Source of the DNA: a virus
Taxonomy: Duplodnaviria > Caudoviricetes
Virus record (IMG/VR): IMGVR_UViG_3300020045_007321
Coordinates: 1 to 38,908 of that record
Length of the DNA: 38,908 bases
Reading direction: 5' to 3' (one strand)
The position numbers were made by a program, and so were the translations under genes. Below are positions 27,400 to 36,114 of this stretch, piece after piece. The notes under the pieces were generated by a model that saw only the letters and a list, made by a program, of their open reading frames with translations, was not told the DNA's origin and did no database searches. Every line of letters starts with the position of its first letter. Positions within the stretch are counted from its first letter, which is position 1.

Positions 27400-28014
27400 T
27401 TACGGTGTAACTGGGTTAGCAAATAAAGAATCGAAATCCTCTACTTCAGAGCCGGGCGTTATAGACTTATAAACTAAAGGTAAATACCTTTCTGGGCTTG
27501 TTTCTAAGCTACTCATAACTATAATTGTGCCGCCGCCACCGTCTTGTGTATCAAAAGTATAGTCGTCTGTTGTAAGGCCGTATTCAAAACCATACATTTC
27601 TATAGTACCATCCGCAAATTGGAAAGCTACAACATATAATCCTTGGTCTAAAGAACTAAGGATACATTTAGAAGCCTCTTCTACTCCGGCTACAATTAAT
27701 TGTGCATGGTGGGCATAATCCGGAGTACCAAAAGTTTCATTAGTTGTTTTGTCGAATGAACCTTTGTATGTAGAACCTTTTTCAGAACCTTTAAAAAGAT
27801 AACCAGTCTTACCTTCTTTAAGGCTAAATGTAACCCTGTAGTTACATACTAAAGCTCCGGCAGTACCAGTAGGCACTGTGGAAATATCCACGCTATCAGG
27901 GTCAATATCATTTTTATTTATAATAATTGCTTGTTGGTAATACCTCCTAGGAGGGGCGGCACAAGATATGTCTTGTCCCGCCAATAATGTACCGCATACG
28001 CTTTCTATAGCCAT
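27400..28014 (-). CDS. Putative major tail (tube) protein, paralog 1
   Basis: 204-aa acidic beta-rich protein right after the capsid gene; paralog of 24387..25016. Confidence 0.65.
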   Translation of the reverse strand: MAIESVCGTLLAGQDISCAAPPRRYYQQAIIINKNDIDPDSVDISTVPTGTAGALVCNYRVTFSLKEGKTGYLFKGSEKGSTYKGSFDKTTNETFGTPDYAHHAQLIVAGVEEASKCILSSLDQGLYVVAFQFADGTIEMYGFEYGLTTDDYTFDTQDGGGGTIIVMSSLETSPERYLPLVYKSITPGSEVEDFDSLFANPVTP

Positions 28015-28035
28015 GTTTTGTTTTTTGTTTTTTAA

Positions 28036-29124
28036 TTATACTGTTTCGGCTCCTAGATAAACATATTCGTCTGTAACTAGTGTAGCCCCGATGGTTGCAC
28101 CGCCTTTAAGATAAATTTGGTCGTCGTCCTCGCTAAAATAGACTTTGAATGCCGGTAACTGGTCTATTTCAGAAGTACCAAAAAGAATATTATCTCTAGA
28201 TGTTAACATAGCCCTGTAAGGATGCCCTAAGTTTAAAGCCTGAATAACTCCGTCAAACTCGCGTCTAACAAATACAGGAATACCGAAGGCTTTTAAAACC
28301 ATATCAACGTTAAAACTTCTTTGCGCCTGTAATGTTTTAGGGTCGAAACATTCACAATTGTATTGTGACCTATCTCCTAAAGAGTTTAGCCAAGCAACCC
28401 AAGCAGCCGCCATAGCGTAAGTCATTTCAAATTGTATTGTACCTTGGTCGTACCAAGGGAAAGCAATAGCCCTATTGTACGCATCAGAGAGATAGTTATA
28501 TACTGCTTCTCCTGTAAGCGGAACCGGTGCGCCTGCTGTACCTGAAGTGTTTTCTGTGATAACTATTTTAACACCTCCATCTGCTTCTGCCTGTGTAAAT
28601 ATACCGTCAATAGGTCTTAGATAAGCATAAAAAGGATTGCTAGAAGCTGTGCCTCTATCTCCAAACCAAGCAACGCGCCAAAGAGCAGCGTCTAGATTAG
28701 TTTGAAATTTGTCGATGATATATTTCATCAACGCACTATCTAGGTTTTCATCTCCAAAAAGCCTTTTGTAAGAACCCCAGAATAGCAGAAAGTTATCATC
28801 GAAAGTATTAACGCAAATAGGCACTTTACAGGCTATTTGGCCAACTTGCCAAACTTTGGCGTCAAAATCCAAATCCAAGTCGCAAGCCGGAATTGTACAG
28901 CTATTAGGGTCTTTGTAAGGAAAGCTAGCATAATTAGGGGCTGTACTAACAATAGGTACTACATTGCCCTCTCTAATGCCCGGCACAACTGTATGAGATT
29001 CTGGTAGTTTACCTATAGCAAAAGACTTTAGCCAGATAGCTTTATCAATTGTTACCATTTCTCCGGTAGTTAAATCTTCTACTAACGCAAGTACCTCAGT
29101 ACTAAAATTATTATTTATTGCCAT
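28036..29124 (-). CDS. Major capsid protein
   Basis: 362 aa, directly after protease/scaffold; R.AWFGD...DGIF motif of Bacteroidota phage capsids. Confidence 0.85.
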   Translation of the reverse strand: MAINNNFSTEVLALVEDLTTGEMVTIDKAIWLKSFAIGKLPESHTVVPGIREGNVVPIVSTAPNYASFPYKDPNSCTIPACDLDLDFDAKVWQVGQIACKVPICVNTFDDNFLLFWGSYKRLFGDENLDSALMKYIIDKFQTNLDAALWRVAWFGDRGTASSNPFYAYLRPIDGIFTQAEADGGVKIVITENTSGTAGAPVPLTGEAVYNYLSDAYNRAIAFPWYDQGTIQFEMTYAMAAAWVAWLNSLGDRSQYNCECFDPKTLQAQRSFNVDMVLKAFGIPVFVRREFDGVIQALNLGHPYRAMLTSRDNILFGTSEIDQLPAFKVYFSEDDDQIYLKGGATIGATLVTDEYVYLGAETV

Positions 29125-29139
29125 TTAGTTTGTTTTAAA

Positions 29140-30237
29140 TTATTTTTTATTTGTTGCTGCTAAAGCTCCTGCTATTGCTTCACTAGACCTATTACCTTTA
29201 GCTTTCGCACCTGTATTAGGTTTTCCGGCTGTGTTGTCTTTTTCTGAAGCAGCAGGTTTTTTAGATACGGCCAATTTAAGGGCATTAATAGTATTATCTT
29301 TTTTTGCTACTGCTGCTGTTAAAGCCTCTAACGTTTCAATAAGATTTTTATTTTCCTCTTGCAAAGCAACAACATCTACAGCATCAGAACCACCATCAGC
29401 AGGTAAAATATCAGTTAATACTCCGGCCTCAAAAGTATATGTTTCTCCTGTACTTAAAACATAATCTCCTTGTGCAGGGTCGCCTGCTGCATCTTCAGCT
29501 ACATCGCCAACAGCAATAACGGCATCATCAGCCAAATCTGGGAAATTTAATTCCGTTTCATCCGCTAAAGTAATCATTTTAGCGCTAACCCCCATAAGGG
29601 CTTTTAAAGCAGCAGCAATAACTGAAAATCCTTTTGTGTTTTTTTTCATTTTAACATCTGTTTTTAAATTTTTATTTTTTTTGTTTTCAAATCTTTGTAA
29701 AGCTTTTGGGCGCAATACCGTTTCTATTTCTGTTGCAAACCTCATAGCTAAAGCTTCATCAGGACTAATATAGGCTTCAGCATTCATAAAAGCTAAAGCT
29801 TCTTGATATGTTAAATCTGTATGAGTTTCGTAGTGTTTAGCTATCTTTGTAGACCATAGTTTCAAATCCTGAGCGACTTTAATTAATTGCTTAGAATTAC
29901 CTTCTGCGTATGTCCATGCATTATGGACAAAAGGACTTGTATATTCTGTTAATACTCGTTCGTCTCCTGCTAAAAATACAACCGTTGCTATCGAAGAAAC
30001 ATTACCCTCTCCAAAGGTTCTAATATTTACTTTCCATTTCTGAGCGTATCTCCTTAATTCGTTATACATTTCAAATCCGGTGCTAACATCTCCTCCTATG
30101 GAATTTATCCTAACTAATAATGGCTTTCCTCTAGCATTAGCTAACTGAGATTGAAGCCTTGACAAAGTAGCATATCCATCTTCTGGTAACTCTGCATACT
30201 CCCCTACTATCTCTCCGTAAATTTTTACTTCAAACAT
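29140..30237 (-). CDS. ClpP-like prohead protease fused to a scaffold-like C-terminus
   Basis: RINSIGGDV, SIATV, F.HNAW, EA....FA motifs; acidic and coiled-coil C-terminal half. Confidence 0.88.
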   Translation of the reverse strand: MFEVKIYGEIVGEYAELPEDGYATLSRLQSQLANARGKPLLVRINSIGGDVSTGFEMYNELRRYAQKWKVNIRTFGEGNVSSIATVVFLAGDERVLTEYTSPFVHNAWTYAEGNSKQLIKVAQDLKLWSTKIAKHYETHTDLTYQEALAFMNAEAYISPDEALAMRFATEIETVLRPKALQRFENKKNKNLKTDVKMKKNTKGFSVIAAALKALMGVSAKMITLADETELNFPDLADDAVIAVGDVAEDAAGDPAQGDYVLSTGETYTFEAGVLTDILPADGGSDAVDVVALQEENKNLIETLEALTAAVAKKDNTINALKLAVSKKPAASEKDNTAGKPNTGAKAKGNRSSEAIAGALAATNKK

Positions 30238-30259
30238 ATTTGTTTTTATTATTGTTTAG

Positions 30260-30309
30260 CAAAGATAGTTAAAATAGTTGTGTAAAAAAATAAATTACAC
30301 AACTATTTT
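30260..30309 (-). promoter_or_regulatory. Head-operon -7 box (TATCTTTG) with upstream perfect 15-bp inverted repeat containing the TTGTGTA motif; may also terminate the ssb transcript
   Basis: AAAATAGTTGTGTAA-N9-TTACACAACTATTTT at 30271..30309; CAAAGATA at 30260..30267. Confidence 0.75.
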
Positions 30310-30318
30310 TAATTTATT

Positions 30319-30714
30319 TTAGAATGGTAGGTCGTCGTGTTCCTCCTCTTTATACGCGTTATTTTGTACCGGCTGATTATAAGTATTATTATATTGGTCA
30401 ACGGCTGAATTTTGTCTTTGTTGTGGCTGTTGCTGAGCTTGTTGCCCCTCTATCTTCCATCCCTGTATTGAGTTGAAATATTTTGTTTCGCCTTGCGGGT
30501 TAACCCATTCTCTACCTCTTAGATTTATATCAACCTTTACAGGTTGTCCAATTCTGTAATTATTTAATAGGTCGCATTTGTCCTGATTAAATTCTACAAG
30601 TATCGTTTGAGGATACTGCTCGTCAGTAGATATTACTACATCTCTTTTTCTAAATCCATTTGCTCCAAATGAATTAGTTTCTCCTATCATTTTAATTTTG
30701 CCTTGTATCTGCAT
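30319..30714 (-). CDS. ssb: Single-stranded DNA-binding protein (DUF3127-like)
   Basis: EQYPQ.I..EF, INLRGREW, YFNSIQGWKI motifs; Gln-rich linker; DDLPF tail. Confidence 0.85.
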   Translation of the reverse strand: MQIQGKIKMIGETNSFGANGFRKRDVVISTDEQYPQTILVEFNQDKCDLLNNYRIGQPVKVDINLRGREWVNPQGETKYFNSIQGWKIEGQQAQQQPQQRQNSAVDQYNNTYNQPVQNNAYKEEEHDDLPF

Positions 30715-31215
30715 TTAATTTATTTTTAAATTTGTATTTTCTTTTATTTCACAGCCATCGATTTCTACACCGGAATTTAAAGCTTCTTTAATTTTCTTTA
30801 AATCCGGCTTTGTTGTGGTGGTTTCGCTAACATATTCTTTAGGCAGCATAGCGGCCTTTAAAGGCTCAACATATACGCTCTTGCTCTTACGTATGCCAAA
30901 CTTAGTAAAACCTACTGTAAAGGCTCCATAAGCGTTAACAGCAGTAAGAAGTGTATCGCTTAACCTATCTATATGTTTATTTTCTCTTTTAACAATTGCC
31001 TGAAGTCTTTTAATTTCGTTATCGGCTCTAGCTAAATAATCTTCTTTTTGACGTATAACCTCTAAGTAAGCAATTGCTTTTTGCTCTTTTTCAGCTTGAT
31101 TTATGGCTAAAAATTCCTCGTCCTCAGGGTCTAGTACAAAATCTTTCTCTTCTAACTCGTTTATACGTTGCAAATACTCTTGCTTAATATCGTATAATGT
31201 TTTTTTATCTGCCAT
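30715..31215 (-). CDS. Siphovirus Gp157-family protein
   Basis: TLYDI, EIKRL, RKSKSV, LP.EY, PD.KKIKEAL..G.EIDG motifs. Confidence 0.85.
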   Translation of the reverse strand: MADKKTLYDIKQEYLQRINELEEKDFVLDPEDEEFLAINQAEKEQKAIAYLEVIRQKEDYLARADNEIKRLQAIVKRENKHIDRLSDTLLTAVNAYGAFTVGFTKFGIRKSKSVYVEPLKAAMLPKEYVSETTTTKPDLKKIKEALNSGVEIDGCEIKENTNLKIN

Positions 31216-31217
31216 AA

Positions 31218-31811
31218 TTAAGATACAGTTTGTAATTCTTTCTTTTTCTTTTCGTCTAATTTATCTTGTTTAGCTAAAAAGTAATTTTTCATTTTCTCTT
31301 TAACATCAAAATTAAACTCTTTATCTGCCTGATTCATGGACTCCCAAAGAATACCCAAAGAATGCAAATCTTTAGTTTTCTTTATTTTTTCTGTAAAATC
31401 TGTAGCAATAATTTTAGCTACTTCTTTTTGGTCTGGCTCTTTTGTACTCTCCCCGTCGTCGTCGTCTGCTCCTATACAAACTAAAGATTGCAGCCCGTAA
31501 CGCCTTGCGTAAGTTATGCCGCTACCTTGCGCCTGTGCATCATTTATTTTTCCGTAAATTATTTCTGTAAGGCTTTCTATAACTTCCCCGCTAACGTGTA
31601 TTAGCGTAGTTCTTACATAGTTTTTTCCTTCGTAAACTACTATTGGTTGTATAACGCCTATGCCGTTCGAATTAAGAACAGGCAATACAGCTAACCTAAC
31701 GGAATTTAAATCAGCATAATACTTTTTTGTAAAAGGATTGTGTGCTTCTTTTTTAGGATTGCTCATTTCTGATTGCGCTTTTATTAACGCTGCATAAATT
31801 TTTTCATTCAT
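31218..31811 (-). CDS. erf: ERF-family single-strand annealing protein
   Basis: NPF...YADL, T.LIH.SGE, QAQGSGITYARRYGL...I.ADDDDG. Confidence 0.92.
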   Translation of the reverse strand: MNEKIYAALIKAQSEMSNPKKEAHNPFTKKYYADLNSVRLAVLPVLNSNGIGVIQPIVVYEGKNYVRTTLIHVSGEVIESLTEIIYGKINDAQAQGSGITYARRYGLQSLVCIGADDDDGESTKEPDQKEVAKIIATDFTEKIKKTKDLHSLGILWESMNQADKEFNFDVKEKMKNYFLAKQDKLDEKKKKELQTVS

Positions 31812-31840
31812 TTATTTAAGTTTAATAATTTATTTCAAAG

Positions 31841-31933
31841 CAAAGATACTATTTTATATTTCAAAAGCAATAAAAATAATAAATAATTTTTCACTTTTTT
31901 TTATTTTATATAAATAATTTTTCACTACCTTTG
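31841..31933. promoter_or_regulatory. Divergent promoters with two 17-bp direct repeats (candidate operators)
   Basis: Leftward TTG-N19-TATCTTTG (31870..31841); rightward TACCTTTG (31926..31933); ATAAATAATTTTTCACT at 31879 and 31910. Confidence 0.75.
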
Positions 31934-31955
31934 CTTTTCATTATAAAAATATAAC

Positions 31956-32117
31956 ATGAATTACAAAGAGAAGATTAAAGCAAAAGGTTTAAAAAGTAGT
32001 TTTATAGCAGATTTGCTAGGAGTAAAAGAAAGCACTTTTAGCATGTATATAAATGGTAAGAGAAAAAAAATACCTCTAGCTATTGAAAAAGGTTTAATCG
32101 AAATACTAGATAAATAA
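31956..32117 (+). CDS. Cro/XRE-like HTH regulator (53 aa), missed by the ORF track
   Basis: MNYKEKIKAKGLKSSFIADLLGVKESTFSMYINGKRKKIPLAIEKGLIEILDK. Confidence 0.8.
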   Translation: MNYKEKIKAKGLKSSFIADLLGVKESTFSMYINGKRKKIPLAIEKGLIEILDK

Positions 32118-32120
32118 TGC

Positions 32121-32822
32121 ATGGCTGAAAATAAAAACTCATTTATCGCTTATGTAGATTGGAAAAGCACTTTTGATATGCTTTCTGACACAGAGGCCGG
32201 CCAACTTATAAAACATCTTTTTGCCTATGTAAATGATGAAAACCCTATAACGGAGGATAGATTTTTAAAGCTAGCCTTTGAGCCTATTAAAAATCAATTA
32301 AAAAGAGATTTAATAAAATGGGGTGGAGGAATTGAAAAAAAATCTATAGCAGGCAAGCTAGGAAATTTAAAAAGGTGGCACTTAGATTTATATAACTTAG
32401 TGGAATCTAAAGAGTTAAAAATAGAGGACGCTATGGTTATCGCACAAAATCGCACATCATCGCAAAGCGATAAATGCAATCGCACATCATCGCAAAGTAT
32501 CGGTATTATCGCTGTAAATGAAGATGTAAATGTAAATGTAGATGTAGATGTAAATGAAGTAAAAAAGAAAAGAAAAGAAAAAGCCTCGACTAGCGTCGAG
32601 GCCGTCCCAGATTTTAAAGAATTTTTATCGCACGCTTTGACTAAAGAGCCAGATATAGATGAAAAACATTTAAAGGCTAAATATGAAAGTTGGGTAGAAG
32701 CTGATTGGCACACTGGAAAAGGAGAAAAAATAAAGAGATGGAAATCTACTTTAACTAGAACTATACCATTTATACAGGTTAAAAAACAAAATCCTTTAGG
32801 GGTTAATAAATTAATATTTTAA
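32121..32822 (+). CDS. Replication initiator (DUF6291-like N-terminus)
   Basis: SFI.Y.DW...LSD.EAGQL.K.LF.Y; central VNVNVDVD linker; C-terminal W..G..IK.WK. Confidence 0.78.
   Translation: MAENKNSFIAYVDWKSTFDMLSDTEAGQLIKHLFAYVNDENPITEDRFLKLAFEPIKNQLKRDLIKWGGGIEKKSIAGKLGNLKRWHLDLYNLVESKELKIEDAMVIAQNRTSSQSDKCNRTSSQSIGIIAVNEDVNVNVDVDVNEVKKKRKEKASTSVEAVPDFKEFLSHALTKEPDIDEKHLKAKYESWVEADWHTGKGEKIKRWKSTLTRTIPFIQVKKQNPLGVNKLIF
32439..32602. repeat. Candidate replication origin (iterons) inside the initiator gene
   Basis: AATCGCACATCATCGCAAAG twice (32448, 32478); ATCGCA at 10-bp phase; GTAAAT/GTAGAT hexamers; A-rich run; GCCTCGAC-TAGC-GTCGAGGC palindrome. Confidence 0.7.
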
Positions 32823-34675
32823 TGGCAAATATTTTCAGTTGGGAAAAAATAGAGCATAAAAGCCATAACAAAACTACAGGCTCCGCTAAATTAAAATGTC
32901 CTGAATGTATAGATTCTAGGTCTAATAAAAGAGATACTAGCCTGTATGTACGTTATGATAGCGGTATAGCTAAATGTTTTCACTGTGAGGGGCTAAGCTT
33001 TAGGGATAGTATCAGCAAACAAACAGAAAGAAAAGATTATAAATTACCTAGTCAAGAGTGGAAAAATTACACCAATCTATCCGACAACGTAATACAATAT
33101 CTTGAAAAGCGAGGTATAAAACAATTTACTGCTAATAAATTTAGCATAACAGAAGAGATATATTATCAGCCAAAAGTAAACAAACAGGTTAAAAATATTG
33201 TTTTCAATTACTTTGAGGGAGACGTTTTAGTTAATAAAAAGTATAGGGATAGTCAAAAAAACTTTACCCAGAGTAAAGACGCAAAGAATATATTTTTTAA
33301 CATAAACTCTTTGATAGGGGCTAAAGAAGCTTATATAATTGAGGGAGAAATAGATGTTTTGTCTATTGACCAGATAGGTATTAATGCCGTTGTATCAGTG
33401 CCTAATGGAGCCAATAACAAAGATGATTACTGGATAAATTCAGAGCCTTATATGCGAGATGTAGAGAAATTTTACATCGGTACTGATAACGACGAAAAAG
33501 GCGATAAGCTAGCAGAAGATATAGCGCAAAGATTAGGTCGTTACCGGTGTGAGCGTATATTATGGGAGGGTAAAGATGCTAATGAGGATTTGCAAAACGG
33601 AGTATTAGAGCAAAGCATAAGGCATACAAAAAAATATCCAGTATCAGGGACTTTTACTATTAACGACGTTTACGATAAGGTTATAGATTTGTATCGCTCT
33701 GGGTTGCCTCCTGTGTATTTTCCTTCTCATAAATGCTTTGGCAGCATGCGTAATATATTTACAGTAATGAGGGGTCACTTAGTTACGGTTACCGGCATAC
33801 CTTCACATGGAAAATCAAATTATATCGAATGGTATGTTTTGAACTTAATTGAGGAGTACAAAATGAAAGCTAGCTTTTTTAGTCCGGAGCACCAACCAAT
33901 GGAGCTGCATCAAACCACATTTATAGAAAAATTCTTTGCTAAAAACTTTTTCTCTGAGATGATGGGTACACCTAGAATTAGCGAAATAGAAATAGCTGAA
34001 TATTCAGAATGGGCAAACGAAAAGTTATATTTAACAAGTCCTGAAGGCTCAGAGGTTGCAACGTGGGAGTGGCTTTTTGAAAAATTCAAAGAGCAAATGT
34101 TTAATTATGGTGTTGATATTTTTGTTATAGATGCTTGGAATAAAGTAGAAGGGGTTAACACATTAGCTGATATAAATAAAATACTAGGCAGGCTTACTAA
34201 TTTTGCACAAAAAAACAACGTAATAATATTTTTAATTGCGCATCCTACAAAGATGCAGAAAAATAAAGATACAGGATTGTATGACGTTCCGGATTTATAT
34301 AGTGTATCCGGCTCTGCTGATTTTAGAAATCAAACACACGACGGTATATGTATTTACAGAACTTGGGAAAATAAAGAAACAAATACGTCAGGATATACTA
34401 CTTTCTACAACCTAAAAACTAAAATGAAGTTTCAAGGAGAAATAGGCTCAATTGTTAATTACTGGTATCATATACCTTCTGGTAGGTATTACGAATCAAA
34501 TACAGAGCCTTGTTTATATAAACTTACAGATATGTATAAAGCTGATTTAAGACACGAAAAAGATTATAGTAATACAAATGTACCTTTACCTACTATAAAT
34601 CCATCTGAAGCCTTCGGAACGCCTTTCACAGTACCTTTAGATAACAATTGGATTAATGATGATATACCATTTTAA
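32822..34675 (+). CDS. Bifunctional primase-helicase (T7 gp4/Twinkle-like)
   Basis: Zinc finger CPEC...CFHC, TOPRIM EGEID and DND..G, KDANE, Walker A TGIPSHGKS, FVID, AHPTK, SGSADF. Confidence 0.92.
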   Translation: MANIFSWEKIEHKSHNKTTGSAKLKCPECIDSRSNKRDTSLYVRYDSGIAKCFHCEGLSFRDSISKQTERKDYKLPSQEWKNYTNLSDNVIQYLEKRGIKQFTANKFSITEEIYYQPKVNKQVKNIVFNYFEGDVLVNKKYRDSQKNFTQSKDAKNIFFNINSLIGAKEAYIIEGEIDVLSIDQIGINAVVSVPNGANNKDDYWINSEPYMRDVEKFYIGTDNDEKGDKLAEDIAQRLGRYRCERILWEGKDANEDLQNGVLEQSIRHTKKYPVSGTFTINDVYDKVIDLYRSGLPPVYFPSHKCFGSMRNIFTVMRGHLVTVTGIPSHGKSNYIEWYVLNLIEEYKMKASFFSPEHQPMELHQTTFIEKFFAKNFFSEMMGTPRISEIEIAEYSEWANEKLYLTSPEGSEVATWEWLFEKFKEQMFNYGVDIFVIDAWNKVEGVNTLADINKILGRLTNFAQKNNVIIFLIAHPTKMQKNKDTGLYDVPDLYSVSGSADFRNQTHDGICIYRTWENKETNTSGYTTFYNLKTKMKFQGEIGSIVNYWYHIPSGRYYESNTEPCLYKLTDMYKADLRHEKDYSNTNVPLPTINPSEAFGTPFTVPLDNNWINDDIPF

Positions 34676-34689
34676 TTAAAAACAATAAT

Positions 34690-35106
34690 ATGGCCAAAAT
34701 AGGATTAATAAAAACAGAGAATAATAATTTTATAATTGCGTACGATTCAGACTTTGAAGAGGCAAAAAAAATAAAGGTAGGAGAGATTTATGTGTACAAT
34801 TACAGTAAGCCTAGGAATTTAAAATTTCATAGAAAATTTTTCGCTCTTATAAAAATGCTCTTTGATAATCAGGAGCGCTATATAAATATGGATGATTTAC
34901 GGCATGATTTGCTTATTGCTTCTGGAAACTATAGCTTACGTTACAATTTCAAAGGAGAGGAGGTTATAGAGCCTTTAAGTATTTCTTTTGCCGCAATGGA
35001 CAATGACGAATTTGAAATTTTATATAACTCTGTGGTTGATGCAATTATTAAATATTTTAATTTCGATAGGCAGGATATAGCAACTAATGTAGAACAATAT
35101 TTTTAA
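34690..35106 (+). CDS. DUF1367-like (NinB-related) protein
   Basis: PRN.KFHRKFFAL...SISFA.MD..EF..LY. Confidence 0.8.
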   Translation: MAKIGLIKTENNNFIIAYDSDFEEAKKIKVGEIYVYNYSKPRNLKFHRKFFALIKMLFDNQERYINMDDLRHDLLIASGNYSLRYNFKGEEVIEPLSISFAAMDNDEFEILYNSVVDAIIKYFNFDRQDIATNVEQYF

Positions 35107-35107
35107 T

Positions 35108-35425
35108 ATGAGAAGAGGTTATGATTTAAGAGTTACTTGCGCTGAAGATGGTTGCAATGAGTTTAGAAGTTATCACTATGATACTAAAAAAGAATTGAAC
35201 GAGGCTTATATTCGCCACAAAGGGCATAAGTGTTTAAGGCATTCAAAACCTAATGAGGTTTTAGGTTTAAAAAATAAATTAATAATTTCAGAACAAATAT
35301 GCACCGGTAATTATTGGGGTGGAAAATTTGGATTTACTTATGGTAACAAGTATAGAGCTTATGCAAAAGACTTTCCAGAAGGTACTATTTTAAAAATAAC
35401 AGCAGAAATAATACTCCCAGAATAA
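35108..35425 (+). CDS. Hypothetical protein (105 aa)
   Basis: ORF track. Confidence 0.7.
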   Translation: MRRGYDLRVTCAEDGCNEFRSYHYDTKKELNEAYIRHKGHKCLRHSKPNEVLGLKNKLIISEQICTGNYWGGKFGFTYGNKYRAYAKDFPEGTILKITAEIILPE

Positions 35426-35427
35426 TT

Positions 35428-36114
35428 ATGATAAAAAATAAAGAAAAACCTTGTAAGGGGTTAGGAAAAGCTAAAGGTTTTGGTTGTGGTAGAAACACCT
35501 TTTTTAGAAAACTGGGTCTAGGTATTAATTGTAAATGCTATCAGGAATTTTTAAGGAGTAGTAATGGTCAATCTTATTTAAATACTGCTATGAATAAAGC
35601 AAAAAGTATTTCTAAGGCTGAAAAAAAAGACAAGGATAAAAAAATTAGAGAGTCTTTAAAAACAAAAAGTGATTACGAAAAAGATTTACAGAAAGAAATA
35701 AATACTATTATCCGGTTAATTGATAAAGGTTCTGTGTGTATTTCTACTCTTAAGCCTTTAAATGATAAATTTGATGCAGGGCATTATTTTAGTGTAGGCT
35801 CTACTCCTACATTACGTTTTAACCTATTTAATATTTACGCGCAATCAGTACATGCAAATCAACATCTTTCAGGAGATAGTATTAATTTTATAGAAGGCAT
35901 TCGTTTTATGTATGGAAAAGAACACGCAGAATATGTAAGCGGTTTAAGGGCTAGATATAAGTTAATAAAATTATATATAGATGATATAAAAGAAAAAATA
36001 ATAATAGCCAGAGATATAGTTAAAAGACTAAAATTATTAACTGTAAATCTGGATAGTGAAAAAAGATTATTTATGAGAAAAATATATAACCAAAGATTAG
36101 GAATTTATGAATGA
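35428..36114 (+). CDS. ninG: NinG/Rap-like recombination endonuclease
   Basis: LQ..IN.IIR.ID....CIS, DAGHY.SVG...LRFN..NI.AQ...N. Confidence 0.85.
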   Translation: MIKNKEKPCKGLGKAKGFGCGRNTFFRKLGLGINCKCYQEFLRSSNGQSYLNTAMNKAKSISKAEKKDKDKKIRESLKTKSDYEKDLQKEINTIIRLIDKGSVCISTLKPLNDKFDAGHYFSVGSTPTLRFNLFNIYAQSVHANQHLSGDSINFIEGIRFMYGKEHAEYVSGLRARYKLIKLYIDDIKEKIIIARDIVKRLKLLTVNLDSEKRLFMRKIYNQRLGIYE

